DNA from: Octopus vulgaris
Taxonomy: Eukaryota
Assembly (NCBI GenBank): GCA_951406725.2
Contig: OX597832.1
Span: 16,616,001-16,680,000, forward strand
Length of the DNA: 64,000 nucleotides
Direction of reading: 5' to 3'
In this document: positions 1 through 11,760 of the stretch, piece by piece
Layout of the letters: each line of letters opens with the position of its first letter
Position numbering within the stretch: the first letter of the stretch is position 1
Notes under the pieces: generated by a model
Database searches by the model: none
What the model saw: only the letters and a program-made list of their open reading frames with translations
Told to the model about the DNA's origin: nothing
Program-made: the position numbers and the translations under genes

Positions 1-57
1 TAAGCGTCCGGTCATACACGCACGAAGACACCTACACACACAAATATACATTCGTGC

Positions 58-61
<4 letters not shown>

Positions 62-106
<45 letters not shown>

Positions 107-132
107 GAACGCACACACACACACACACATGC

Positions 133-213
<81 letters not shown>

Positions 214-216
214 CAT
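62..216. repeat. Compound (TA)n/(CA)n microsatellite
   Basis: Direct dinucleotide runs; they explain ORF 12..227. Confidence 0.95.
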
Positions 217-2805
217 ATTATCTTCACCCGGCCCTAAGGCTATATTCTCTTTTTTTATTCAGAGTATTTTTGTCCCTTGTCCGTCCATTAACATTATCGC
301 CACGAAATTATTTTATCCATTTCCGTATTCTTTATTCATCCTTGTTTGTCCGTCTTGTTTTTGTTTTGTTGTGTTTTGGTCGCATTCTCAGCAATTCTCT
401 AACACTTGGCCAATAACTGATAGGGAAGTTGGTGACCTTCTGTGTTTCTTTTCCTTTCGTCTGTACATTTGGTGTCTGTTTTTCAGCTTGACCTGTGTCT
501 TTTTCCGTTCGTTTGGTCATTGCCGTCCATGTTTGACATCTGAAAATATTATTCCCGTAACGCACTCCTTCATTTTGATCTGTGTGTGTGCGCGCTTGCA
601 TGTATGTGTGTATGCGTGCCTATCTTTCCTCAAAGCAATCCATTTTGAAATATCATATGGCGACACTGTCATACTTTCAAAATATTAACTATTGAATGTC
701 AATAATTGAAATATGGATATTAGACGATTTCTTCTAATTTGCTACCGGCAGATAAAAGACTAAACGATAATCATTATCGATAATTGAGTATGGATGAATG
801 AAAAAAAAAATGTTTTAGTTACATCTTTTTCTTCTCAATTCAGAAACGAAATTCCACCGGGGTGAATATCCTCTTTCGTCATTTTATTTTCCGTGCACTC
901 GTGAGAGCAATTGCCAGAAATATGATTAAGATTGATTTAGTATTTTTTTTCTGTCGTAATGTTAAAAATCTCCCCTCTCCTACAACCTTAAGACAACCTT
1001 ATTAATTTAGTGAAGAGCGGTAGCAACACAACTGGAGCCTAAATGTTACAAGTCATTGCGTTCGTAATCATCGATGATATTGCTGATGGTTGTGGTAGCG
1101 ATGGTAGCACTGAGAGTCGTATATGTGGTAGTGATGGCGAATGTAAAAGTAATCTAATAAGGAATATATATATTTGACTATGATGTCCTTGTTAATTAAA
1201 GTATAGTGTGATACATGTTACAAGATCCAACGAGGCACCATCGTGAGTAGAATGATATCACAATTCGCATTACAGAGATAGCGATGGAAGGCACAATCTA
1301 CGGTTGAATAAGTGTAACACGAGGAAGAGCGAACAAAAAACTATAGAGAAGAAAAACTCAAAGTGTTTAACCAGAACGTTTGCTTTTAATTTTCCATTCA
1401 TTGACGATACCATTAAACAAAACATAACCAGTGAAAGATGAATTATGAAGACACAATATTTCAGAAAACTATCGTTTGATATTATGGGTGCAGAGAAATC
1501 AGTGATGCTTCCGACTATTTTTCGTTTCCATACTATGGAATTTAAAGTTTGAGTAGATCCGTACTTAAGCTACATGTATTTCTTTGTTTATACATTCATT
1601 CATTCACTATTCATTTATTTATTTATTCATTGATTATGATATAGTTGAATATAGGCAGCTACAAAACTTCCAAACCAAGGGTTTCGTATGTGTGAAGTGA
1701 AATCGTTGCTACAAACTATGGTAGTAGAATTATGTTATACGGAACACACAGGTATATACAATAGCAACAAAGATCTCCAAACAAAGCAGACATATACTTC
1801 TTGGCGTGTATATGCACTGAGAATGTATATATGTATTTTGATTTTGTCTACATGTGATGGCGACTGAATTTGTGTACTGACGTTGTATGTATATATATAG
1901 AAAATGAGAGATAGAAATACATGCATTTTGAAGCGAGACTGTGTTTGGGAGCACAATACGGATTTCGTTTGCAAGAATAACATGTTGGTAAGAATAGAAA
2001 TATATTGCAAGGAAAAGAGTACCATGAACACCTTGGCTCTCATTCATAAATACTTATCATAACCTGCTCTTTCAATCTCAGTGTATAATATGAAAAACAA
2101 TTTCAAGAAATAGATTTTTACTTTGTAAATCCAGGCTTTTCTAAACCTTTGCCATTCAACCAATACCACCTTATCTCATAATATATGTTGGGCAGACACA
2201 TCGGCACCAATAATCATTTTCAATTCTCTGGATCTTCATTTCCTGCACCCCAATGAAATGGTGTATTCGCCAATTCAAACTGCTGTATATTGTTACATAA
2301 TAATGACTATTTCTCGGAAGTTATTTCAATGAATTCAATTGACAAGCCTGTTTTCTCACAAGTCCAAATGCCTCTGTCTCTGTTTATATCCTTTTCTCTT
2401 GCTATATAAACATAGAAATATATTTACATAAAGCGTATAGAAATACATACAGATACACACACACATACACACATATACCCCCCCCACACACACACACGTA
2501 TATATATATATATTCAATTGCTCAGTTGTTCGTGCCTCATGTGATATAGGAAGGCTAAATGAGGCAAAATAACTGTTTTTCCTGTCGCTTCAATTTCCTG
2601 ATGTTTGTTCCAACGTCACTTCTAGTCTCTATTCCGTTTCGAGTCTAAATGTTTCAGAAGCCACGATTAATTTTAAATCAATTTCGTAGCGGCCTCTTTC
2701 ATTATATAGTATTAATAGATATGTAGTATCTATAAATTTAATATTTCCCGCAATAATAAAGTTGACCAAAATATCAATTAATATAAAACTAATTTACTTA
2801 AATGT

Positions 2806-3370
2806 AATACTACGTAATAAATATACCATCTAATTATTAAATAATGTATTGTCTAACAAAACTAATTCTCAAATTCAATTATGTGTAATATGTTAAATAT
2901 GTTAAATTAATAAAAAATAATAAAAAAAACATACTAAATAAATAGATATCTTAACTAATAACTATCAATAAACTATATATTTAAAAAATATTATTTTAAC
3001 AATAACAACTATGATAATACTACGTAATAACAACAATAGCAACAACAATGATAATACTACGTAATAACAACAATAACAACATCAATGATAATACTACGTA
3101 ATAACAACAATAGCAACAACAATGATAATACTACGTAATAACAACAATAACAACAACAATGATAATACTACGTAATAAATATACCATCTAATTATTAAAG
3201 AAAGTATTGTGTAACAAAACTAATTCTCAAATTAAATTATGTGTAATATGTTAAATCCCTTAAAACATAATAATAAACCATACTAAATAAATAGATATCT
3301 TAACTAATAACTATCAAGAAACTATATATTTAAAAAATATTATTTCAACAATAACAACAACAATGATAAT
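2806..3370. repeat. ~205-bp direct duplication with a 37-bp x4 minisatellite at the junction
   Basis: Block aatactacgtaataaatataccatc...tattattt(t/c)aacaataacaac at ~2806-3010 and ~3163-3370. Unit atgataatactacgtaataacaacaata(g/a)caacaaca starts at 3011, 3048, 3085 and 3122. Confidence 0.9.
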
Positions 3371-3602
3371 GAAAGCTGAAAAGGAATAGAGGGTGACAGA
3401 CATAAAAAAAAGGAAGTAAGGAAAGAAGGAAGGACGAAACAAACAAAAAATCAAAATGAACCAACAGACGATGAAAATAGGAATAAGAACAAGTTGTGAA
3501 GAGAATGTATTTAAAGGACAGAATGAAATAGGATTGGCAGGTCTTAGAAAGTCAGTGAATGGAATTCTGCTGAAGTGAAATACAAGAGATGAATTGAATG
3601 TA

Positions 3603-3830
3603 TATTTCTTTACTACCCACAATGGGCTAAACACACAGGAGACAAACAAGGACAGACAAACAGATTAAGGCGATTACATCGACTCCAGTGCGTAACTGGT
3701 ACTTAATTTATCGACCCCGGAAGGATGAAAGGCAAAGTCGACCTCGGCGGAATTTGAACTCGGAACGTAACGGCAGACGAAATACGGCAACGCATTTCGC
3801 CCGGCGTGCTAACGTTTCTGCTAGCTCGCC
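3603..3830 (-). mobile_element. tRNA-derived SINE, family 1 (Meta-domain-like)
   Basis: Minus strand: A-box-like ggcgagct(a)gcagaaacgttag, B-box gagttcaaattcc, central gcctttcatcctt..ggggtcgataaattaagtacca resembling the MetaSINE/Sauria-SINE domain. More than 10 copies in the window. Confidence 0.9.
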
Positions 3831-4036
3831 ATAGAACCAGCAACATAAGAAGGATATATACAGAAGTATTCAATATGACTAAAGAAATATAAAATGATGA
3901 AATGAGAGTTGAAATGTATAAAACCGGGAGTGCTAGAACGGTCAATGAGTAGGCTGTAATTGTCGTAGGAGTAAATACACAATACATAGAAGTCTACAAA
4001 TGTAATTTAAGAATCAATGGAGAATCAACGGCGTTA

Positions 4037-5433
4037 ATTGAGGATCAGCTGAACATTCATAGCCTGATGAATGAAAGAAAAATTCAGGCAATGTAAACAA
4101 ATTCAGCTATGACGAAATCAGGAAGCAGGTAGTGTGTTCGACATTTTCAAAGTCAGTTATGTACAGCCGCTGTTGAAACCAATGATTTCTGTACTGAAGC
4201 ATTGTCCTGATCAGATTAATCCACCCCCCTTTTTCTTTTTTTTTTTTGGTGGGGGCACCTATGGTGTTGGTAGTCTTCTGTAACTGAATCACCAAGTCGG
4301 CTTAGTACTCTCCATCAATGGCGTCGCCCTTTTGAAGATAGTCAATATGCACAATACCTATTCCTTTATTACCCGTAAGGGGCTAAACACAGAGGGGACA
4401 ACCAAGGACAGACATAGGTATTAAGTCGATTACATCGACCCCAGTGCGTAACTGGTACTTAATTCATCGACCCCAGTGCGTAACTGGTACTTAATTCATC
4501 GACCCCGAAAGGATGAAAGGCAAAGTCGACCTCAGCGGAATTTGAACACACAACGTTGCGCCAGACGAAATACCGCTAAGCATTTCGCCCGGCACGCTAG
4601 CGTTTCTGCCAGCTCGCCGCCTTCAATACCCATTTCTTTATTACCCACAAGGGGCTAAACATAGAGGGGACAAACAAGGACAGACATAGGTATTAAGTCG
4701 ATTACATCGACCCCAGTGCGTAACTGGTACTTAATTTATCGACCCCGAAAGGATGAAAGGCAAAGTCGACCTCGGCGGAATTTGACCTCACAACGTAACG
4801 CAGACGAAATACCGCTAAGCATTTCTCCCGGTGTGCTAACGTTTCTGCCAGCTCGCCGCCTTCAATACCGTTTACTCAGATATTCCAGTGATGTGATCTG
4901 CGTGTCGCTCTTGTGAATATATGTCACAAGACGTTCAACCCAGACAGCACAAACCATCGCCATGCTAACTTCGTTGTTCGTGATATTCCCAACTCTCACA
5001 CGCGATCAGCCAACAGTATTGGTTATTTGATTTTTAGTCAATCACCTGACATCCATCACTATGTAGAGAAGCGATCAATTCTTTCCTCGGGAGTAGCATT
5101 TTTGTAGGACCTCCAGACCTTTAAGACTCTTCTCTTCCTCTCTTAAATTATTCTGCCCGCCTTTGCACTGATGTCAAGGCTGGAGCGTCATCTTCTAATA
5201 TAGCAGCCATATTTGCATTGAGTGTTCTTTTTACTGCAGGTAATTGATAAAATCACACTGCCATATTTTCAAAACAAGTTACTATTTGTTACAGTTGTTG
5301 CATGTCAGTTTTGCTGGAAAGAATTTTTCAAAAAGGTATTAATAAAAGGGCTAAAATTAATGTACGTAATATTTCACAGTTGTAGGATCATTTTCAAATA
5401 GTCAGTATATGAACTTTTCCGCCAACCTGCGTA
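4037..5433 (-). mobile_element. Decayed mariner (irritans/Hsmar2-like), internally deleted, interrupted by two SINEs
   Basis: Minus-strand remnants ILEDDAPALTSVQ..FKRGRE (N-terminal HTH region) and GIVHIDYLQKG..GEY, QDNA, KSLVS.AAVH. Degenerate TIRs at ~4037-4068 and 5401-5433. Confidence 0.8.
4359..4862 (-). mobile_element. Head-to-tail dimer of two full-length family-1 SINEs
   Basis: Copies at 4359-4622 and 4631-4862; caatacc at 4352, 4624 and 4863. The first copy has an internal 32-bp duplication (catcgacccc at 4433, 4465, 4497). Confidence 0.92.
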
Positions 5434-5714
5434 AATAGCAGAATATTGATAAAAGTAATTTGTTTACTCTTTCCATGTTTACTCTTAAAATTTTTACTCG
5501 TTAGGCTGCGGTTCAAGGATTTAGTAGAACAAATCGACACCATACATTTTATCTTAAAATCTAGTACTCCATCCGTCAGTCTCAATTGCGAAAATGCTAG
5601 GTTAAGAGGACATAAAAAAACTGACACTGGTCGACAAGCATTGGTGTTGCTAAACACACACACAAAGACACCCTGACATCCCCCACACTTAGACGCTCAC
5701 ATACACATATATGT

Positions 5715-5872
5715 ATGCATGTGGCTGTGTTAAGATGCTTGCTTCCCAACTACATGGTTCCGGATTCAGTCTCACAGCGCGCCAGCTTGGGTAGGTGTCT
5801 TCTGCTAAAGCCTAGAGCCGACAAATGCCTTGTGAGTGGGTTTGGTAGACGGAAACGGAAAGCAGCCAGTCA
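5715..5872 (+). mobile_element. tRNA-derived SINE family 2 (CORE-like), 5' part
   Basis: gtggctgtgttaag..ggttccggattcagtc..ttgggtaggtgtcttct..tttggtagacggaaac matches copies at 25170-25326, 26965-27131 and 58735-58865. Confidence 0.85.
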
Positions 5873-5972
5873 TGTGTGTGTGTGTATATATACATATATA
5901 TATATATATACATATTCATACATACATACATACACACACAGGCACACACACATACACACACACACACAAACA

Positions 5973-6038
<66 letters not shown>

Positions 6039-6060
6039 CATATATATATAATAATATATA
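5873..6060. repeat. Compound (TG)/(TA)/(TACA)/(CA) microsatellite
   Basis: Direct. Confidence 0.95.
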
Positions 6061-6265
6061 TTAGGGAATAAATCCAAACTTACAGGGAAAAATCAGATTT
6101 AGGATTGAATCCAATTTTATACTAAAATATTATATTATATTAAATTAGAGACAAAACCACTATTAGGCAAATCATACAATGAAAAACTTAAGCCAATACA
6201 TAAGATTATTTAATTTATATTATTTAAATATATAACAAAATTATTAAAAAAATAAATTAATATCA

Positions 6266-6329
6266 CACTACGATCGTCTCATGGCTGTTAATTTCTTTAA
6301 ATTTTCGAGTTACAGTCATTCATCAGGTG
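6266..6329 (-). ncRNA. Minimal type-I hammerhead ribozyme-like motif (Penelope-type)
   Basis: Minus strand: cac-CTGATGA-atgactgt[loop]acagccat-GAGA-cgatcg-TA-gtg. Stem I cac/gtg, palindromic stem III, GUA triplet; GAAA reads GAGA. Confidence 0.7.
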
Positions 6330-7009
6330 GTTTAAATATTTATCTTGTCGAGGTTATTTCTGTTCCTGTCCGGATATATTGTAGAAGACTAAACCTGGAC
6401 CGTGCGGTTGGGAACCAAGCTTTGTACCACAGAGCCACGCCTATCAATAAAATACAAAAACATAATGATAAACATGGCAATTAAGATGAAAGTAAAAGAA
6501 GTCATAGCAACAGTGTTATTGTCTAAGAAGGATGGTCCATAGTTGTAAATGTGACAAAGTGTTAGTCGTACATAAAATAAAATAAAAATGAAATAAGAAT
6601 AAATGTTTTAAGGAAAAAAAAAACATATTTTAGGAAAAGAAATGAGAATTTTTGGAGGACACATAAAAATGATTAAACTTCTATAGAATTCTATGGAAAA
6701 TGTTATGAACATAGGCAGTGAGAAGATAATGCCACATGCTAATATATTGAAAGAAATAATTATGAAATTCATGGAAATGATGAAATTAAACCATGTAAGA
6801 TGAGTACAAGAGATTTTACAGTAAGAATTAAAATGTCGATACCGAAAACGTTCTGTAAAGAAATGAATGATAAAACAAATAGAAGTTAATAACTACAAAG
6901 TGTATACGATAGGTTCTATGAGTGGCAATATAAGTCAAATAAATATTGGTGCTTACGAAAAACGAACGAAGGAGTAAATTATATAAGGTTACATTATCAG
7001 AGGCTATAG

Positions 7010-7083
<74 letters not shown>

Positions 7084-7739
7084 ACGAGCAAAACGCCCCC
7101 ATCCAATGGACGGTGCTGAGTTGTCAGACATTTAAACCGAATTTTCCCCAAACCATTTGTCCGACCGTCCCATAGGCCTCCTCTTTTACAACAACTGACT
7201 TAACCTAAATTTGGGACACCAGCAAAAGAAGAAATAAAGATACACTTTTTTTCTATTCCAAAGAAAAACTATTTTATTCAAAGAAATATGTAACTGAAGA
7301 GTTTTAAGTACCAGTAATTATAAGGCTGCTGACTGGGAGAACACAAACATAGTTTAAATAGTAAGCTTGTCATGAAAGAAACGTGCCTTTAAGCAGTGCA
7401 AAAACAACAAAAATGGAAGAAAAGCAGGACAAAAACGATGCATGCAAATGGTTTAGTTGGAGATTTCAAGATGGGAAAGCATGATGATCTTTTTGCCTTA
7501 ACTGCACGTGCATTTTTCTCGCGTACGAGTCGTATAGATCGCAACAGCTGATGTACTTGCGAGTACAAATACACGTTCACACGGCATTATCGATCCTATT
7601 CTCACCTGGAATCGATTTTTGCACTTTTTTGAAGACTTATACATGCCCTGATACTGTCGTTATCTACATATCAAATTTCAGCGCAACCCTAGAAGACACA
7701 CACGGAACGGATTTTATATATAAGAGATGTGCATGTGTG

Positions 7740-7950
7740 TGTGGTTCTTCAAACCCAACCATCGCTTGACAAACGATGCGGGTGTGCTTACACCCCCGTA
7801 ACTTAGCGGTGCGGTAAAAAATTAATTGATATAATAAACACTTGTCTTACAAAGAATAAGTCCCGGGGTCAGTTTTCTCGACTAATGGTGGTGCTCCATC
7901 ATGGCCGCATTCAAATGACTGAAAGAAATAAAAGAATAAAAGAATAAAAT
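7740..7950 (+). mobile_element. SINE family 2, 3' part
   Basis: catcgcttgacaa..cccgtaacttagcggt..gaataagtcccgggg..gtgctcca.catggccgca.tcaaatgactgaaa with gaataaaa tail repeats. Confidence 0.85.
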
Positions 7951-7981
7951 AGTATATATATCTATCAATATTCATACATTT

Positions 7982-8362
7982 GTGGAAGCGCAATGGCCCA
8001 GTGTCTATGGCAGCGAACTCGCAGTCGTAGTATCGCGATTTCGATTCCCAAACCGGACGTTTTGAGTGTTTATCGAGCGAAAACGCCTAAAGCCCCACGA
8101 CGCTCCGGCAGGGGATGGTGGCGAACCTTGCTGTACTATTTCACTACAACTTTCTCTCATTCTTTCATCCTGTTTCTGTTGCACATTTATTTCAAAGGAC
8201 CGACCTTGTCACACTGTGTGTTTCGAAGAATCTTCCCCAAAACTACGTAAAATGTACGTGTGTCTGTGAAAATTTTAATCCACTTGCAAGTTAATTTCAC
8301 CAGCGGTCTGTTCCGTTGATCGGATGAACTAGAACCCTCGTCGTCGTAATCGACGGAGCGCC
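7982..8362 (+). mobile_element. tRNA-derived SINE family 3, near full length
   Basis: Head gcaatggcccagtg and B-box-like tttcgattccc; body colinear with the copies at 15890 and 24725-25104. Confidence 0.88.
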
Positions 8363-9333
8363 ATTCATACATTGCTATATGTATATGTCTATATATATGT
8401 GTGTGTGTGTGTGTATGTGTGTGTATAAGGAACTTCGCACCCATGTTTGAATGTATATATGTATACAATTATGTGAGGCAGGCCTACACTTTTGTAAGCA
8501 TCTGAATTATTTGTTTACTCTTGTATATCTATTTATTTCTCTGTATATAATTATTTGCCTCGCGTGTTTGCATTTAAGAAAACATGTTTATGTGTCCATG
8601 TATTTATCTTTGCATCTTTGCATATATGTATACATTGACGTAGAAGAAATTTTTGTCCAAATGTTGTACGTAACTGGTTGATATTCTTTTGCACCGTTGA
8701 GTTTTTCAATTTACTAGCTGTCATCATGTGACGTTAATGGTTATTTCACAAAATATTTACGAATATTCCTTATTTTCCCAGTATAAGCAGGTTTTTGCTC
8801 CTGAGTTTTTCCTTTTTTTATATCCTAAGTACTTTTCCGCAGTTCTCTAGGCTCTTGAGAAACATGTGTAGTATTCTTAGTAAAGAAAATATTTTATGTC
8901 AATTGTAACTACCGTGTGTATGTGATGCCTGCATCACAAATTATGTATACTTTGTTATCTGTATGTCTATGTGTTTGTGTGGGCGTGGGTTTCTGTCCGT
9001 CCACTTGCGTATGTATGTGTTCTCTATACTGTATGAAGAATGCGTTGAGTATCAAGATCGTTCTCATCTTGCGTACAACAGTCATGTCTCAAATTTTAAT
9101 AATGTACTCTATAAAAAATATTCAATAATCTTTCACTTCAATGCGCATCTGCCTCTATATAGAAATTGATATAAACGCAAATCTTTATATCTATCAAGTC
9201 GGTGCCCCAGCAAGGCTACAGTTTAATGAATGAAACGTAAAAAATAAAAGATAAACTCTCTCACTCTTTTTCTCTCTCCCCTCCCTCTCTCTCTCTCTGG
9301 GGATATATGTTTCGGTTGATATGCCACTGGCTT

Positions 9334-9390
9334 TATGGCGTGGTGGTTAAGAGCGCTGGATACTAACCACAAGATCCCGAGTTCGAATTA
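9334..9390 (+). mobile_element. Isolated tRNA-like SINE head
   Basis: atggcgtggtggttaagagc...gagttcgaat (A and B boxes) without an acceptor stem. Confidence 0.5.
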
Positions 9391-9401
9391 TTTCGAACAA
9401 A

Positions 9402-9434
<33 letters not shown>

Positions 9435-9516
9435 GATGATGATGATGATGATGATAACAACAACAGCATCGAAAAATACCTAAGAAATAAGAACCTACGT
9501 TCGAAATTTCCCCGAC

Positions 9517-9560
9517 ACACATGAAGAAGACTGGAGAGCATATCAGCCGAAACGTTGTGT
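9517..9560 (+). ncRNA. Degenerate minimal hammerhead motif in a Penelope-like terminal fragment (~9470-9650)
   Basis: acac-aTGAaGA-a-gactg[gagagcatat]cagcc-GAAA-cg-TT-gtgt. Stem I acac/gtgt; the first core C reads A. Confidence 0.6.
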
Positions 9561-9647
9561 TAACAACAAACAAGATGAGGACAAATATCTGTCGAATGTA
9601 AACAATGTAAATAATGTACACAATTCCTCATCTCTCAAATAGAGAAC

Positions 9648-9701
<54 letters not shown>

Positions 9702-10404
9702 TGTTAGAAAAGTGTATACACAAAGGAATGTGCAATTTCCTTGCTCTTTGCTGATGTTCCAAATTCTCGTTCGACTTGTAGCATTTCATGTTGTGTTCCT
9801 GCTTGATTTCCTTTCATTGCGTCTGAAATATCCACGAAGCATACTCCTAGAGCACTGACTTTCTGTACAAGGATGCTTGGATTACTATGATTGGTTGCAT
9901 GCATTACATCTCATAAGTGTAGGAGAGATGTTTATGCTATGGTTTTTCTTATATAAGTCGTGTTATCTCAACCAGATCCGCTAGTTAAAAATATACAGCA
10001 CGTCCACAGTCGCGCTAGCTGTTTTTGTGTGTTTCGTCTATGTATGGAACAACATCATTACCACAAAAACCTCTCCTATGCACTGTAATATTTCGTGTTT
10101 TGTTTGTTGAGTAACAAAAATTGGTGACCGCCTCGAAAGAACTCAGGGATGCATGTAATTGTATTCTTGAATCTCTAACCCTATATTTATGCTGCATGTA
10201 TCTACATCGTCTTCATCATCATGTTACTAACACTTTTGAACTTTGTTAAGGACACTACAGCGTATATGCTCCCGGTTAAGCGCGGGTTCTATCAGATGTG
10301 ATATATATCTTGTTTCCTGTTAAAACTTTCTGTAGAGCTCGACTTTCGGCAGGTGGATTGAAACATAAGTATATCATTATCTGCCAGTGCATTAAGTACG
10401 TATT

Positions 10405-11242
10405 AACAGGAGGGTAACTAAATCTAACCGAAAATGTTCTCTGTGGGAGAAACTCGTGGTAGTTTCGTCTTCCGCTACTAAAAGCCACTTGATGCGACCC
10501 TAGACCGCCAGTCTTATTTCTTTACTACACACAAGGGGCTACAAATATATAGGACAAACAAGGACAGACAAAGGGCTTAAGTTGATTATATCGATCCAAA
10601 TGCGTATCTGGTACTTAATTTATCAACCCCGAAAGGATGAAAGGCAAAGTCAACCTTGGCGGAATTTGAACTCAGAACGTAACGGCAAAACCTAGACCGC
10701 CACTCTGCCAACCAGCGTCGTCAACAGCAGTCGTACTGTCACGTGGTGCCTCTATGTCTTGCACTGCTTCTTCCCTGTTCGTCGATTATTGCGATGGCTG
10801 AAACGAAGGAACAGCGTGTTGCCGTGAAATTCCGTTTTCTGCTGAGTGAAAATAGCAGCCAATACTGTTGTCATGCTTCAAACAGCTTACAACGACGCTT
10901 CCATGAGCAAAACATAAGTCTACGAGTGGTTTCCACGCTTTAGGAATGGTCATATGCCGCTTGAGGACCAACCTCATATGACCGGAGCATATCACTGGTG
11001 ACAAAAGCTGATGCGACGGAATTTGCAGATGTGGAAGACGTCAAGAAAACAACGACAGAGACGTTAAAAGACATCCTTTCGCAAGAGTTCCAACACTTCT
11101 TCGAATAGGGGAATAAGGGGCCTGGACCGATGCATTGCTTCACATGGTGAATACTTTGAAGGTGACAAAAGTGTAAACATGTAAAACTGAGTAATTGAAA
11201 TAGCACTGCAAAAATTCTGATTATTTTTAGGTACTCCTTGTA
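10405..11242 (+). mobile_element. Non-autonomous internally deleted mariner with nested SINE
   Basis: N-terminus MAETKEQRVAVKFRFLL; C-terminal remnant FADVEDVKKTTTETLKDI..EFQHFFE, then CIASHGEYFEGD. Imperfect TIRs at ~10405-10436 and 11212-11242. Confidence 0.8.
10511..10690 (-). mobile_element. 5'-truncated family-1 SINE with 12-bp TSD
   Basis: cctagaccgcca at 10499-10510 and 10691-10702. Confidence 0.92.
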
Positions 11243-11375
11243 TATATCAGAGTTATTAATGCTGTGTCAATTAAGATTGGTTTTACAACAAATATTTTCT
11301 GGAGAATGGGAACATGATTTTATAATCACAATTAGCTGATCGTCTCATCTTAAGATAAATTATTTCCTTTATATA

Positions 11376-11760
11376 TCTTTATATATAAAAGTAAGGTTGT
11401 GTGTCTGTCGCCTACGATTTAGATTCCTAAATACTCCCACATTTTGCGGTGCAGTTGAACCAAAACCGGGTATCTTATAGTCGTGATTCATATCGAGCCC
11501 TTCTGGGTATTAGCGCGCGTCTACGATTTTAAAAATAATTTACCATAATTTTTTTCCATTTTAATGCATCTTTTTCGCTATTATATAAGGGAAGTAACTC
11601 TCTAAAAATGTCTACGATGAGTCAACTACTTTAAAAAAAAATTACCATAATTTTTTTCCATTTTTATTGCATTTTTTTCTATTTTCTGGCTATAACTCTC
11701 TAAAAACGCTTTATAGTTATTTCCCTTACAAACCCGAGCAACGCCGGGCGATACTGCTAG
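11376..11760 (+). mobile_element. Non-autonomous Helitron (385 bp)
   Basis: 5' TCtttatatataaaa after a host A; 3' hairpin cccg-a-gc-aac-gc-cggg (11733-11748), 8 nt, then CTAG and a host T; no TSD. Internal ~90-bp tandem duplication at 11520-11707. Confidence 0.9.

Noticed and set aside
3011-3158. 37-bp repeats of CRISPR-like length
   Set aside because: Units are contiguous with no unique spacers; no cas genes; eukaryotic context.
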